32,000 nt of DNA from Cylindrospermopsis raciborskii Cr2010 (lineage in GTDB: Bacteria > Cyanobacteriota > Cyanobacteriia > Cyanobacteriales > Nostocaceae): assembly GCF_003367075.2 (NCBI RefSeq), contig NZ_CP065936.1, positions 780,001 to 812,000 on the forward strand. The letters run 5' to 3'. Of this stretch, positions 1-9,618 are shown piece by piece (position 1 is the first letter of the stretch; each line of letters opens with the position of its first letter). The notes under the pieces are model-generated. The model did not search any database, had not been told where the DNA came from, and saw only the letters and a program-made list of their open reading frames with translations. The translations under genes and the position numbers were made by a program.

Positions 1-389
1 CGACCTAGCATGAGGATTGATTTACCCGTTTCTACTAAATCTCGGATCATCCCAATAGTACCAAATATGGCTCGACCTACACGGCAAGTTAAGCCAATAA
101 TTTTACCATTGCGGTTGCGTATGGCACTGATACGATGTAAAGTTTGCTCGATACCAGCTCGATTATCTCCGCCAAAATTTCCTACTCGTTGAATACAATC
201 ATCTATTTGGGACTGGGTAACGGGGGACTGACTTAAATACTCAGCAGTACCCGGAAACCGAGCTTCTGGGAGACGCCCTAAATCCAACACCACTTCTACT
301 AAATTATCCCTTTGGGGATGATCTTGCAGCTGTTTTTCCAGGTCTTGGGGTAAAATTTCCAGTAACTTTTGCAGGTCTGTAATCGTCAT
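1..389 (-). CDS. ycf45: Ycf45/SpoIIIAA-like AAA ATPase (R3H-domain family), N-terminal part; continues past the left edge
   Basis: Absent from the ORF track because it is open at the window edge. My translation of the reverse complement from the ATG (complement of 387-389) reads [21 protein letters not shown]...[63 protein letters not shown], with no stop down to position 1. The LTCRVGRA...ILMLGR block just before the expected P-loop is typical of cyanobacterial/plastid Ycf45. Confidence 0.7.
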   Translation of the reverse strand, partial: [129 protein letters not shown]

Positions 390-432
390 GCTTTCTATGG
401 TGGTGACGTTTTTAGAGATAACAAATGAGCTA

Positions 433-1620
433 TTAGAGATCTGACTGTGACTTGATTTGAGATACCAGAGAGCTGGCAAGTTTTACTGCTTGCCAGAGCA
501 GTTCTGGTTCATCCTCTAGCCGTTGACTTTTTCTTAGACTGGTGTTTACCTCCCAACTTTCTAACTGGTCAATCACTGGTGACAGCAATACCCGGGCATA
601 GCTTCCATAAGCAACACCCGCAAGTTGACCCGGGGAATTCTCTAATTTTCCATTCCCTAATATCCCCAGGGTCTTTAATTTGGAAGCGGTATAGTTATTA
701 GTACCGCCTGCCAACTGCACATGTCCCGGTAAGTTTGCTGCTAAAACTTTTTGTCCTAATTTTATCGCAGCTATGGTAGTACCATCCCCTATATCCCCAC
801 TCATAGATCTGCCATCTGTCTGCCAAATTAAAACTTGTGGAAGAGGTACTATCAGATTATAAACTGATTTTAAGTAGTCAATTAAACCCTCTCCATCATT
901 GCAACTGATGGCTAATAACTTTAATTTATTTGCCCAGGGGGCTATTTTCGACCACAAGTCCTCAAACTCTGGCAAACGTCCCACTTTTGTATGAATTTCA
1001 ATGGCATCTATTCCCGTGGACATGATCAAGGGTAGAATTGCTCCTAGAGGTGATAAATGAGAGACTGTGTCAATTATCCCATAAGGACAAATGGGGACAC
1101 AACGTCCACACCCGTAACATTTTTCTGCAATAATTCCTGAAGAACTATCTTTTTGATTGTTAATTTGACTATTAAATACTATAGCCTGAGCAGGACATAT
1201 TTTCTCACAAGGTTTGGAACAATTGTCTGGACAGTCTCTGGGATTGAATTTAGCTTTTCTAAAGTGTGGATCTTCACCGTCGTTGAGACTAACCATTAAT
1301 AAGGGTAAGTTCCCTTGCCAGTTAAATCCTTTTGCTTGTGTTTCTTTTACAAGGGTTTTAGCAACTGAAAAGGCCTGTTTAACCACATCAATTACAGCCG
1401 GATCAGCAGCAACATCTATACAGTCTGCACCTGCTAGGGTGTAAGCCAAGGTTAAACTCCTAACTGATGGTAAATGTTGGAAACTGGCACCACAAATCAG
1501 TTTGAACCAGTTACTTTGTCTAAGGGATCGTAAGGGGGCTAATAGTTCGTTCATTCGAGCCAGGGTGAGAAACTGGTCATTCTTGGGTCGGGTATAGGGG
1601 AGGTGAGTCAATGCCACCAA
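433..1620 (-). CDS. ldpA: LdpA-like iron-sulfur protein (two 4Fe-4S ferredoxin-type Cys clusters)
   Basis: 395-aa ORF. N-terminal WFKLICGASFQHLPSVRSLTLAYTLAGADCIDVAADPAVI resembles my recollection of the LdpA family. Cys clusters are CPDNCSKPCEKICP and CYGCGRCVPICP. The listed start overlaps lepB by 44 nt, so an internal Met (MNELLAPL, start 1554) may be the true start. Confidence 0.6.
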   Translation of the reverse strand: MVALTHLPYTRPKNDQFLTLARMNELLAPLRSLRQSNWFKLICGASFQHLPSVRSLTLAYTLAGADCIDVAADPAVIDVVKQAFSVAKTLVKETQAKGFNWQGNLPLLMVSLNDGEDPHFRKAKFNPRDCPDNCSKPCEKICPAQAIVFNSQINNQKDSSSGIIAEKCYGCGRCVPICPYGIIDTVSHLSPLGAILPLIMSTGIDAIEIHTKVGRLPEFEDLWSKIAPWANKLKLLAISCNDGEGLIDYLKSVYNLIVPLPQVLIWQTDGRSMSGDIGDGTTIAAIKLGQKVLAANLPGHVQLAGGTNNYTASKLKTLGILGNGKLENSPGQLAGVAYGSYARVLLSPVIDQLESWEVNTSLRKSQRLEDEPELLWQAVKLASSLVSQIKSQSDL

Positions 1621-2257
1621 TCTTGTTCAAAGGCCAGAAACGAATTACGGCACGTCCAATAATTTTTTCTCTTGGCACAAGTCCCCAACAACGTCCATCA
1701 TAACTGCTGGGACGATTATCACCTAAAACTAAATAGGAGTTGGGTGGTATGGTTTGTGGTTGGGATAAGAAGGGACGCTGCGAAGTGGTTGTACACACAT
1801 CAATACCTGTGCGCACGGTGGGAAATAAATATTTTTCTTCGGCCAGAGATTTATTGTTAATATAGACTTTGCCATTCTTTAATTCTACCCTTTCACCCGG
1901 TAGACCAATAATGCGCTTGATGAAGGCATCATGGAATTGTTCCTTTTGTAGTTCATCTGTGGGGGAAAATACAACAATATCCCCCCGTTCAGGAGGAGAA
2001 AATTTATATTTCACCTTATCCACAATAATCTTATCCGCTTGCCATTGATCTTGTACACCATGGAGCGTGGGTTCCATTGATCCTGTGGGTATCCACCGCG
2101 CTTCAGCCACTAGGGTACGAACGCCTAAAGCTAATATACCGCTCAGCGCTAACGTTCTAACAACTTCCTTAATCCAGGAATTATTCTTTTTTTCACCGGA
2201 GTTTTGCTCGGACACTTGATTTTGCATGAAATTACTAGGTTTGGCATTGGGAACCAT
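1577..2257 (-). CDS. lepB: Signal peptidase I
   Basis: N-terminal TM segment, catalytic-Ser box IPTGSMEPTL, GDIVVF, KRIIGLPGE and the C-terminal GDNRPSSYDGRCWG box are all classic S26 peptidase motifs. Confidence 0.9.
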   Translation of the reverse strand: MVPNAKPSNFMQNQVSEQNSGEKKNNSWIKEVVRTLALSGILALGVRTLVAEARWIPTGSMEPTLHGVQDQWQADKIIVDKVKYKFSPPERGDIVVFSPTDELQKEQFHDAFIKRIIGLPGERVELKNGKVYINNKSLAEEKYLFPTVRTGIDVCTTTSQRPFLSQPQTIPPNSYLVLGDNRPSSYDGRCWGLVPREKIIGRAVIRFWPLNKIGGIDSPPLYPTQE

Positions 2258-2522
2258 TGACCAGAAATCGGAAAAGGTTGTTGACCAACTGACTGGAACA
2301 GGCCCTAAACCTATTCTGACATAATATTCCCAGTTGTTAATAAGTAGACATTAGTCAGAAAATTTACCCTGTATACAATAAAATCTAAGTATAGCCCTAG
2401 CTAAAAGGCTATATAAGAGGCTGTATATACAAATCTCAACTTGCCTGCCCATTTTCTGCTAGAATGAACTAAGTTAAATTACCGTAATCAAATTTGTTTT
2501 AGTTTTATATATTAATACTAAC

Positions 2523-3845
2523 ATGTCCAATTATCCTAGTTTATTGATTCGTCAAGCCCGTGTGCTGCTACCCAATGGTGATTTTATAACTGGGGATGTG
2601 CTAACCCAAAACAACAAAATAGTACAGGTAAGTTCAAATATATGTGCTGACACTTCTGTTGTGGAAATAGATGCTCAAGGATTAACTTTACTTCCCGGGG
2701 TAATTGATCCCCAAGTGCATTTCCGTGAACCCGGTTTAGAATACAAGGAAGACCTATTTACTGCCAGTTGTGCTTGTGCTAAAGGTGGTGTCACTTCCTT
2801 TTTGGAAATGCCAAATACAAAACCTTTAACTACTAATCAGTCAGCTTTAGACGACAAACTTCATAGGGCATCTCAAAAGTCTTTGGTTAATTATGGCTTT
2901 TTTATTGGAGCAACAGCAGATAACTTAACAGAGTTACTGACGGTTAATCCCACACCGGGAATTAAAATTTTTATGGGTTCTATGCATGGCGACCTATTAA
3001 TTGATGAAGAAGCCATTCTAGACAGAATATTTTCCCAGGGTAGTCGCTTAATAGCTGTTCACGCTGAAGACCAGTCCAGAATTCGTCAACGTCGTCAACA
3101 ATTTGCCGATATTCACGACCCAGCCATTCACTCTCAAATTCAAGACTCCCAGGCCGCTTTAAATGCAACCCAGTTAGCACTAAAACTTTCTCAAAAGTAT
3201 CATAGACGTCTACATATTTTACACTTATCTACAGGAGTGGAAGCAGAATTACTGCGTCAGTACAAACCTAGCTGGGTAACGGCAGAGGTCACGCCACAAC
3301 ACCTGTTGTTAAATACTGAGGCTTATAGCACCATAGGCACCCTAGCACAAATGAATCCTCCCTTGCGATCGCCCGAGGATAATCAAGTGCTATGGCAGGC
3401 TTTGCGAGATGGTGTAATTGATTTCATTGCTACAGATCATGCTCCCCACACCCTAGAAGAGAAAGCCCAGATTTACCCTAACACACCTTCTGGTATGCCA
3501 GGTGTAGAGACTTCTCTTCCATTAATGTTAACGGCAGCAATGGATGGTAAATGTACTGTCTCCCAAGTAGCAAATTGGATGTCTAAAGCAGTAGCTGTGG
3601 GGTATGGAATTCCCAATAAGGGAGAAATTACTCCTGGTTACGATGCGGATTTGGTCTTAGTGGACTTAAATAATTATAAACCTGTAAAAAGGGAAGATTT
3701 ATTAAGCAAATGTGGTTGGAGTCCATTTGAGGGTTGGAACTTAACAGGTTGGCCCGTACAAACCATAGTAGGTGGTCAAATTGTCTATGCCGAAGGGAAA
3801 GTAAACCCACAGATTCGCGGTCAGGCATTAAGTTTTAGTGGTTAG
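2523..3845 (+). CDS. pyrC: Dihydroorotase (amidohydrolase superfamily, class I)
   Basis: 440 aa. Metal-binding DPQVHFREPG near the N-terminus, IATDHAPH, and the C-terminal GYDADLVLVD motif fit the dihydroorotase/allantoinase family. Confidence 0.85.
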   Translation: MSNYPSLLIRQARVLLPNGDFITGDVLTQNNKIVQVSSNICADTSVVEIDAQGLTLLPGVIDPQVHFREPGLEYKEDLFTASCACAKGGVTSFLEMPNTKPLTTNQSALDDKLHRASQKSLVNYGFFIGATADNLTELLTVNPTPGIKIFMGSMHGDLLIDEEAILDRIFSQGSRLIAVHAEDQSRIRQRRQQFADIHDPAIHSQIQDSQAALNATQLALKLSQKYHRRLHILHLSTGVEAELLRQYKPSWVTAEVTPQHLLLNTEAYSTIGTLAQMNPPLRSPEDNQVLWQALRDGVIDFIATDHAPHTLEEKAQIYPNTPSGMPGVETSLPLMLTAAMDGKCTVSQVANWMSKAVAVGYGIPNKGEITPGYDADLVLVDLNNYKPVKREDLLSKCGWSPFEGWNLTGWPVQTIVGGQIVYAEGKVNPQIRGQALSFSG

Positions 3846-3890
3846 CCATCAACCACAATAATTTTTTAGTTTATTTCTTAATCTATTCAA

Positions 3891-4262
3891 TTGTCTATGG
3901 ATCAAATATCGCCCGCTGCTACACACGAAATCAATGCTTACTTGCCATATATTCAGGGTAATAAGCGTAATTTATTACCCTGGGCTATCACCCTCTATCA
4001 AAAGGGTTGTATTGATGGGGAGCGGAAAATAGAAGGTAGTGACAATATTCCCTTCACGGCCAAATGGAATATTAGTACCCTACCTACGGATTTAACTTGT
4101 TGTAGTGTACACTTTCATGCTCCTGGGGAGTTTGCCTATGAAGTAACTATGACTGGCTTTGAATTTGTAGACTTTCTAATTCAAGTCATAGAAAATTATA
4201 AGAGAAATAGAATTGTTGATTTTTCCAAAGCCTTTTACCGTAAACTCCTGTGTCCGGAATAA
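3891..4262 (+). CDS. Hypothetical protein (about 121-123 aa)
   Basis: Clean ORF in the same orientation as its neighbours. The ATG at 3897 is more likely than the TTG at 3891. No motif recognised. Confidence 0.4.
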   Translation: MSMDQISPAATHEINAYLPYIQGNKRNLLPWAITLYQKGCIDGERKIEGSDNIPFTAKWNISTLPTDLTCCSVHFHAPGEFAYEVTMTGFEFVDFLIQVIENYKRNRIVDFSKAFYRKLLCPE

Positions 4263-4268
4263 TGGTTT

Positions 4269-5483
4269 TTGGAAATTATAGCTTTAATTTCAGAGCAAAC
4301 GGTAAGCTCTACCGAGATTACTTGTGGAGTAGGCAAACCCGATAAAAATATCGGACAGTTCAAATTAGGAGCGCAGGGCGTGGCAACATCTGTTAAAAAT
4401 TTTAAGTATTTGCTAATTGGCTCAATAGAGGCTTACAGCGGCAAATCTGCAACCCTGCTGGGGTTATCTTACCAACTAAGACAAAAGGGATTAGGTATAG
4501 CCTATGGCAAACCGCTGGGTAATAGTGCATTCAATCCCAAGATCAATCCGATGGAAGAAGATGTGCAATTTATGATCGAAAGCTTGAAACTGGGTGAAAA
4601 TCTGGTTGCACCGACTCTGTTGGGCTTAAATGAGGTTAGTGTGCAAAAACGATTAACGGGTGAGGATAAAACTAATTACCAGGAACTACTGGTAGAGCAT
4701 TATTTACAAGTCCCACGGGGAGATTTGATGCTCTTGGAAGGGCCAGGTAATTTGAACGAGGGAAATTTATTTGGTTTATCCTTACCAGAAGTTGCTAATA
4801 TCTTAGATGGTGGTGTAATTTTAGTCCACCGTTATCAGTCTCTCCTCTCAGTAGAGACAATTTTATCAGCCCAAACAATTATAGGTTCTAGATTAGAAGG
4901 AATCAGCTCACGCTTGCTTGGTGTAATAATCAATGAAGTCCCCCCAGAACAGTTGAACACTGCCAATGATCTCCTGCGCCCATTTTTGGAAGAACGGGGA
5001 ATTCCTGTATTAGCCATACTGCCAAAGAACGCCTTACTCCGTAGCGTTAGTGTACGGGAGCTAGTCAAACAGTTGAAAGCTGATATTTTATGTCGTGAAG
5101 ATCGCTTAGACTTATTAGTCGAAAGTCTGGCTATTGGGGCCATGAATGTCAATGCCGCAGTTAAATATTTCCGCAAACGTCGTAACAAGGCAGTGGTTAC
5201 AGGAGGGGATCGGGTAGAAATTCAACAAGCAGCTTTAGAAACATCTACTCAATGTCTAATCCTCACGGGACAATTACCTCCTCCACCTTTCATCCTGCAC
5301 CGGGCCGAAGAACTGGAAATTCCTATTTTATCAGTGGATCTTGACACCTTGACCACAGTAGAGATTGTTGATCGAGCCTTTGGTCATGTTCGGTTCCATG
5401 AACCTCTTAAAGTGGAGTGCATAAATAAACTAATGTCCGAACACTTCGATACCAACCGTCTCTTGTCACAACTAGGAGATTAA
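4269..5483 (+). CDS. Phosphotransacetylase-family protein (BioD-like P-loop N-domain plus DRTGG-like C-domain)
   Basis: KYLLIGSIEAYSGKSATLLGL is a BioD/CobQ-like P-loop, and the C-terminal VVTGGDRVEIQQAAL...LILTG resembles a DRTGG domain. The likely true start is the GTG at 4380, preceded by AGGAG at 4367-4371. Confidence 0.6.
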   Translation: MEIIALISEQTVSSTEITCGVGKPDKNIGQFKLGAQGVATSVKNFKYLLIGSIEAYSGKSATLLGLSYQLRQKGLGIAYGKPLGNSAFNPKINPMEEDVQFMIESLKLGENLVAPTLLGLNEVSVQKRLTGEDKTNYQELLVEHYLQVPRGDLMLLEGPGNLNEGNLFGLSLPEVANILDGGVILVHRYQSLLSVETILSAQTIIGSRLEGISSRLLGVIINEVPPEQLNTANDLLRPFLEERGIPVLAILPKNALLRSVSVRELVKQLKADILCREDRLDLLVESLAIGAMNVNAAVKYFRKRRNKAVVTGGDRVEIQQAALETSTQCLILTGQLPPPPFILHRAEELEIPILSVDLDTLTTVEIVDRAFGHVRFHEPLKVECINKLMSEHFDTNRLLSQLGD

Positions 5484-5576
5484 GAAAAAAGATAGAAATC
5501 TGTAACTTCATTTGGCCGATTACCTGCAGGCCATTTGGTACAATAGTTGGGTTGTTTAATCCGATAATCTCTATCT

Positions 5577-6080
5577 TTGAGCCAGTCAACAGAACTGATT
5601 AACCTAGATACTTTAGCACAGGAACTGGCGACAATCCAACAAACTGGTTCCAAAAGAATCGCTCTGTTAGGTTCCCGTCACGTACCAATTACTCATCAAA
5701 ATCTTATTGAAATGATGACTTATGCCCTGGTTTTGTCGGGCAATCGCATTATTACTTCCGGTGCTACAGGTACTAACTCCGCTGCTATCAGAGGTGCGAC
5801 CCGTGCGGATCCGAATTTACTGACGGTAATTCTACCCCAAAGTTTGGAACGCCAACCCTCTGAATCCCGCCAACAACTAGAGCAGGTGATGCATCTAGTA
5901 GAAAATCCTAGTAATGATAATCTTTCCCTGAGTGAGGCTAGCCAGTTGTGCAATAGAGAAATTGTTTCTCGCTGTCAGCAATTGGTGTGCTTTGCCTTCC
6001 ATGATAGTCGTACTCTCTTGGAAACTTGTAAAGAAGCGGAAGAACAAAGAAAAGTGGTAACCTTGTTCTATTTCGATTAA
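5577..6080 (+). CDS. DprA/Smf-like Rossmann-fold protein (short cyanobacterial form)
   Basis: LGSRHVP...LSGNRIITSGATGTNSAAIRGA...TVILPQSL matches the GSR...SG.A.G.D..AH...V layout of the DprA/LOG-like fold. 167 aa; TTG start as listed. Confidence 0.5.
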   Translation: MSQSTELINLDTLAQELATIQQTGSKRIALLGSRHVPITHQNLIEMMTYALVLSGNRIITSGATGTNSAAIRGATRADPNLLTVILPQSLERQPSESRQQLEQVMHLVENPSNDNLSLSEASQLCNREIVSRCQQLVCFAFHDSRTLLETCKEAEEQRKVVTLFYFD

Positions 6081-6240
6081 AATGAGATCATGGCCCCAAC
6101 CACTTACAAGGGGTGGAGTAGGGCCAAAACGCCTACTGATACGAATGACTAATTACCAGTGAGTACTGGGTAATAACTATGATTACTCAGTATTCATCAT
6201 TATTCATTTAAGATAACACTAAAGGTATTATATTTTTCCT

Positions 6241-6732
6241 ATGGCATCTAGTTTTTCTTTCGATATTGTCAGCGATTTTGACCGTCAAGAATTGGTCAAT
6301 GCGGTTGATCAGGTGATACGAGACATCAAAAGCCGTTATGATCTCAAAGATACCCAAACCACCGTGGAGTTGGGGGAAAAAACTGTTACTATTAATACTG
6401 ACAGCAATATGACTTTGGAGTCAGTGCATGGTATACTGCGGGAAAAGGCTGCTAAACGTAATCTATCACAAAAGATCTTTGATTTTGGTCAGGTTGAGTC
6501 TGCTAGCGGTAATCGTGTCCGTCAAGAAATTACCCTGAAAAAGGGCATTAATCAGGATATTGCTAAACAAATATCTAAACTAATTCGTGACAATTTTAAG
6601 AAGGTACAGGCTTCTATTCAAGGGGATGCAGTAAGGGTTACAGCCAAAGCCAAGGATGACTTACAAGCTGTAATCCAAAGCTTAAAAGAAGAGGATTTTC
6701 CTGTAGCTTTACAATTCACTAACTACCGTTAA
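6241..6732 (+). CDS. yajQ: YajQ-family nucleotide-binding protein (UPF0234)
   Basis: The 163 aa length and the N-terminus [24 protein letters not shown] are typical of YajQ. Confidence 0.85.
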   Translation: MASSFSFDIVSDFDRQELVNAVDQVIRDIKSRYDLKDTQTTVELGEKTVTINTDSNMTLESVHGILREKAAKRNLSQKIFDFGQVESASGNRVRQEITLKKGINQDIAKQISKLIRDNFKKVQASIQGDAVRVTAKAKDDLQAVIQSLKEEDFPVALQFTNYR

Positions 6733-6753
6733 AACGAGGAATTCCTCTTTCAA

Positions 6754-7314
6754 CTAGTTACTTCTTGCACCTATGGTGTTTTGAAATGCTGGACGAAGGG
6801 AGATGTTATGCATGTAGTTTAAGACTGCTGGGTAGTTACTTAAGTCCAGCTTCAGCATAATGGGGATATAGCTGAGTATAGATCCTACAGCTACATCAGC
6901 AACGGTAAACTGATCCCCTAGTAGAAATGGTTGTTGAGAAAAAATATCATTTAAGGGACCTAATAAACGCGGCATTTCTTTTTCTCGGTTGGTTTCTATG
7001 AATATACCTGTGGCTAAGGTCGAATTAGCAAATAGTACCCACTGGTAAAAGGTTGCTTGGGTCTCTAAAGATGAGGATACCTGACTGTACTTTTGGGCCA
7101 AGTATAACAAAATTGCTCCCGATTCCCAAAGTTTTAACTCACCATCTACAATTGCTGGCACTTTTCCAATAGGATTAATTGCTAAGAAATCTGGTTTTAG
7201 ATGCTCTCCTGCTTTCATATCCAGATTCACAAACTCGTATGGAACATTTAGCTCCTCTAAATACCACTTAATAATTGATGCTCGACTAAAAAGGCTACCG
7301 TATAGTTTCAACAT
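6754..7314 (-). CDS. Glutathione S-transferase
   Basis: Thioredoxin-like N-domain (KLYG...INPIGKVPAIVDGELKLWESGAILLYL) and a helical C-domain; 186 aa. Confidence 0.8.
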   Translation of the reverse strand: MLKLYGSLFSRASIIKWYLEELNVPYEFVNLDMKAGEHLKPDFLAINPIGKVPAIVDGELKLWESGAILLYLAQKYSQVSSSLETQATFYQWVLFANSTLATGIFIETNREKEMPRLLGPLNDIFSQQPFLLGDQFTVADVAVGSILSYIPIMLKLDLSNYPAVLNYMHNISLRPAFQNTIGARSN

Positions 7315-7359
7315 ATTTGACTAATCATTACTCCAAGTTTTTCAAGTGGTAATTTATCT

Positions 7360-7905
7360 TTAAAGCACCTTGTGGGTGTGGGAATGTTGTTTAATATTGT
7401 CTTCTTTGGTAACAATTCTAGCAGCGTTTAATACTCGTTTACGCTCCGTAGAATAATTAAAATCACTTTTAGTTGTGCCAAGGGGAATTAAGCTTTGAGC
7501 TGATTCCCGTCGTTTATAAGTGCGCGTCGCAGAAAATGTTCTTGGCAAAAACTCTTCGCTAAATTGGGCAGTTTCAGGAAATCCAGAGGGTAATAACAGG
7601 TTTTCTCCATCTAGTATGGATCCTAAAGTGGTTGCATAAGCTAGTTTGTATGATGTAGGTATCCCTTTTATTATCGCTTCTAATGCTGCTGAAGGAATTG
7701 GTTCAATAATTTCAAGTTCATGCACCTCTCCATCTTCCTTATAAAAACAAGTCGCTAAACCAATAACTATATAATCATCGGTTCTCAGGTCTAAACCATT
7801 GGGATGGGAAATTGCCGTTGTCATGGAGTTTACTCGGAATGTGAATTTTTCGTGAATTTTTTGGTTTATGCAATAGTAGGGGGTGACACTAGGAGCTGAC
7901 CACAC
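7360..7905 (-). CDS. Conserved hypothetical protein
   Basis: 181-aa ORF. A more plausible start is the internal Met at 7824 (MTTAISHPNG...). No catalytic motif recognised. Confidence 0.45.
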   Translation of the reverse strand: MWSAPSVTPYYCINQKIHEKFTFRVNSMTTAISHPNGLDLRTDDYIVIGLATCFYKEDGEVHELEIIEPIPSAALEAIIKGIPTSYKLAYATTLGSILDGENLLLPSGFPETAQFSEEFLPRTFSATRTYKRRESAQSLIPLGTTKSDFNYSTERKRVLNAARIVTKEDNIKQHSHTHKVL

Positions 7906-8178
7906 AGAGTATTAATCAGCTTTTTGCTTGATTATAACTCCTTACTTCCTCAATTTTGACACACATCCAAATTCTGTCTGGAATTAGTCTTGGGAGTGAT
8001 GTATATGTTTCTGGGTCTATGGCCTAATTGTATAGGTAGTTTGAATTGATTCTCACCTGTTTACTCCTTAATTTCTAAATGGCACACAGATGGCAGTAAT
8101 ACAGTAGTATAATTGAACTACCAGCAAGAAAAATTTTATCGTTTGATTTCATAGGGCAATTAGCTTGAGCAGAAATAT

Positions 8179-8907
8179 ATGGATAGTTACTCTTTTTTAA
8201 ATTCTCACACTCACAATAACCCTTTATATAAAAGAAACAATTGGCAAAGTTCTTACAACTCTTATAACCAAAAAGAATTAGCAGATTCAGATATAGGCAC
8301 TTTAAAGGATGAAAAGTATATGCGATCCTACGCTTTAAAGTTAGCTCATCAAGGAGAGTACACAAAGGCGATCGCCTTGCTGGACCGAATAATTGATAGT
8401 CATCCTGAAAATGCTATTGACTATAATAACAGGGGATTAATCTACTTTCAAAGCGGTCATGCTCAAAAAGCACTTCTGGACTACAATACTGCCATGCAGC
8501 TGAACCCCAGGTTGGCCAGCGTTTATAATAACCGAGCTAACTACTATGCTGCTCGTGGTGATTTAGTTAAGGCACTGTCTGACTATGACCAAGCCTTGGA
8601 TTTAAATCCCCGCTACGTACGCGCCTGGATTAATCGAGGTATTACCTTACGAGAATTAGGAGAGTACAAAGATGCCATTGATGATCTTGAAGTTGCCCTG
8701 CTGTTTGGTCAACTCGAGATTCACATTTGGTCAGAACGGGGTAGGAGTTACCACCTGTGGGGTGATTGGAACTGTGCGATCGCAGATTACCGTAGGGTCT
8801 TATCCCATACAATGTCTTTAGATAAGATAGAGGATATAATCACCTATAGGCTAAGGCTACAAGTGGAAAATTGGTTAGGAGAATTAGGTTTTTCCACATA
8901 TAAATGA
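8179..8907 (+). CDS. Tetratricopeptide-repeat (TPR) protein
   Basis: Successive 34-residue units with the A..YN.RG..Y...G....A..DY..A..L.P signature (for example NNRGLIYFQSGHAQKALLDYNTAMQLNP, YNNRANYYAARGDLVKALSDYDQALDLNP, WINRGITLRELGEYKDAIDDL). Confidence 0.85.
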   Translation: MDSYSFLNSHTHNNPLYKRNNWQSSYNSYNQKELADSDIGTLKDEKYMRSYALKLAHQGEYTKAIALLDRIIDSHPENAIDYNNRGLIYFQSGHAQKALLDYNTAMQLNPRLASVYNNRANYYAARGDLVKALSDYDQALDLNPRYVRAWINRGITLRELGEYKDAIDDLEVALLFGQLEIHIWSERGRSYHLWGDWNCAIADYRRVLSHTMSLDKIEDIITYRLRLQVENWLGELGFSTYK

Positions 8908-8917
8908 ACTAAATATA

Positions 8918-8962
8918 TAAGTGGGTGGGCGGAATTAAATGTAAATTGTGCCTCCCCACTTA
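8918..8962. repeat. Small palindromic dispersed element, copy 1 (intact)
   Basis: TAAGTGGGTGGGCGGAATTAAATGTAAATTGTGCCTCCCCACTTA. The arms AAGTGGGTGGGC and GCCTCCCCACTT pair (10 Watson-Crick, 1 wobble, 1 mismatch). A second copy at 17996-18108 is split by a nested insertion. It lies just after the TPR gene stop. Confidence 0.6.
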
Positions 8963-9370
8963 CTGCGTGGAATCTGGGGGTTCGACAGTTTTTCTGTCCG
9001 GATTAACCAGTATAATTTGCCGCTGGTTAGGTTGTAAGCGGTAGGAGTGTTCTCTCATAATGCTTTGAGCTTGACTAGGATCAAAATTACGGGTAAATTC
9101 TTCTCTTAAGGTGCCAACGCGGTTTTTCATAATCTTAACTTGTGTCTCTATATTTTCTAACTTGTCTTGCTGTAACAAGTAATGGGGGAACAACCGTGTC
9201 AGTGCGGATATTGATACTGAAATAATAAGTAAATTTACTATAATTTTGCCAAAAACTTCCAGTCCCATAATTAAATGCGATCGCTGGCGAAGGTGTCTTT
9301 TCAACTGACGGCGTACAGTTGAAGATGGTTTTTCAGGCTGTAGTGGTGGTATATATTCAAATGCTTTCAT
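8960..9370 (-). CDS. Hypothetical single-pass membrane protein with a short coiled coil
   Basis: 136 aa: basic N-terminus, hydrophobic segment LEVFGKIIVNLLIISVSISAL, then a heptad-like segment QQDKLENIETQVKIMKNRVGTLREEF. The topology resembles FtsB/DivIC-type proteins, but no homology is asserted. Confidence 0.45.
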   Translation of the reverse strand: MKAFEYIPPLQPEKPSSTVRRQLKRHLRQRSHLIMGLEVFGKIIVNLLIISVSISALTRLFPHYLLQQDKLENIETQVKIMKNRVGTLREEFTRNFDPSQAQSIMREHSYRLQPNQRQIILVNPDRKTVEPPDSTQ

Positions 9371-9618
9371 TGTGCTAAATAGCCCTCACGTATCATGCCC
9401 ACCATGGTAATCCATTTAAGCTTCTCCGGTCTAAAGACACGGAGATTTCTGAAGAGTCCATAAACGAACTTTCTGAGGCTGGCTTAAACAGCCTCTACTG
9501 ATTCTGCTAAAATTAATTCTTAGCATCACCGCTACTTTAAGTTGATTTCGAAAGTATAGCTCAGATAAGACTTACTTGTCAATAGCAGCCACAAAATAAC
9601 ATAAAGACAACACTGGAA

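Noticed and set aside
10-192. 60-aa + strand ORF at the left edge
   Set aside because: It lies entirely antisense to the well-supported ycf45-like reading frame (1-389, minus strand). Its composition is typical of a shadow ORF.
1214-5953. Short antisense ORFs inside ldpA, lepB, pyrC, the DRTGG gene and the DprA-like gene (1214-1444, 1672-1860, 2980-3180, 3628-3828, 4835-5188, 5407-5589, 5720-5953)
   Set aside because: Each is nested in or overlaps a longer ORF with clear family motifs on the other strand. None has recognisable motifs or a ribosome-binding site.
8075-8365. 96-aa minus-strand ORF overlapping the start of the TPR gene
   Set aside because: The sequence is Cys/Tyr/Leu-rich and low in complexity, and it overlaps the convincing TPR ORF. 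It is probably a chance ORF in AT-rich DNA.
9421-9495. Hairpins upstream of the 136-aa gene (CTCCG..CGGAG and GAGGCTG gcttaaa CAGCCTC), and a shared GTCTAAAG motif on both sides of the IS (9430 and 10439)
   Set aside because: The stems are short, there is no U-tract, and the shared motif is only 8 nt. Without a genome-wide count this could be chance.
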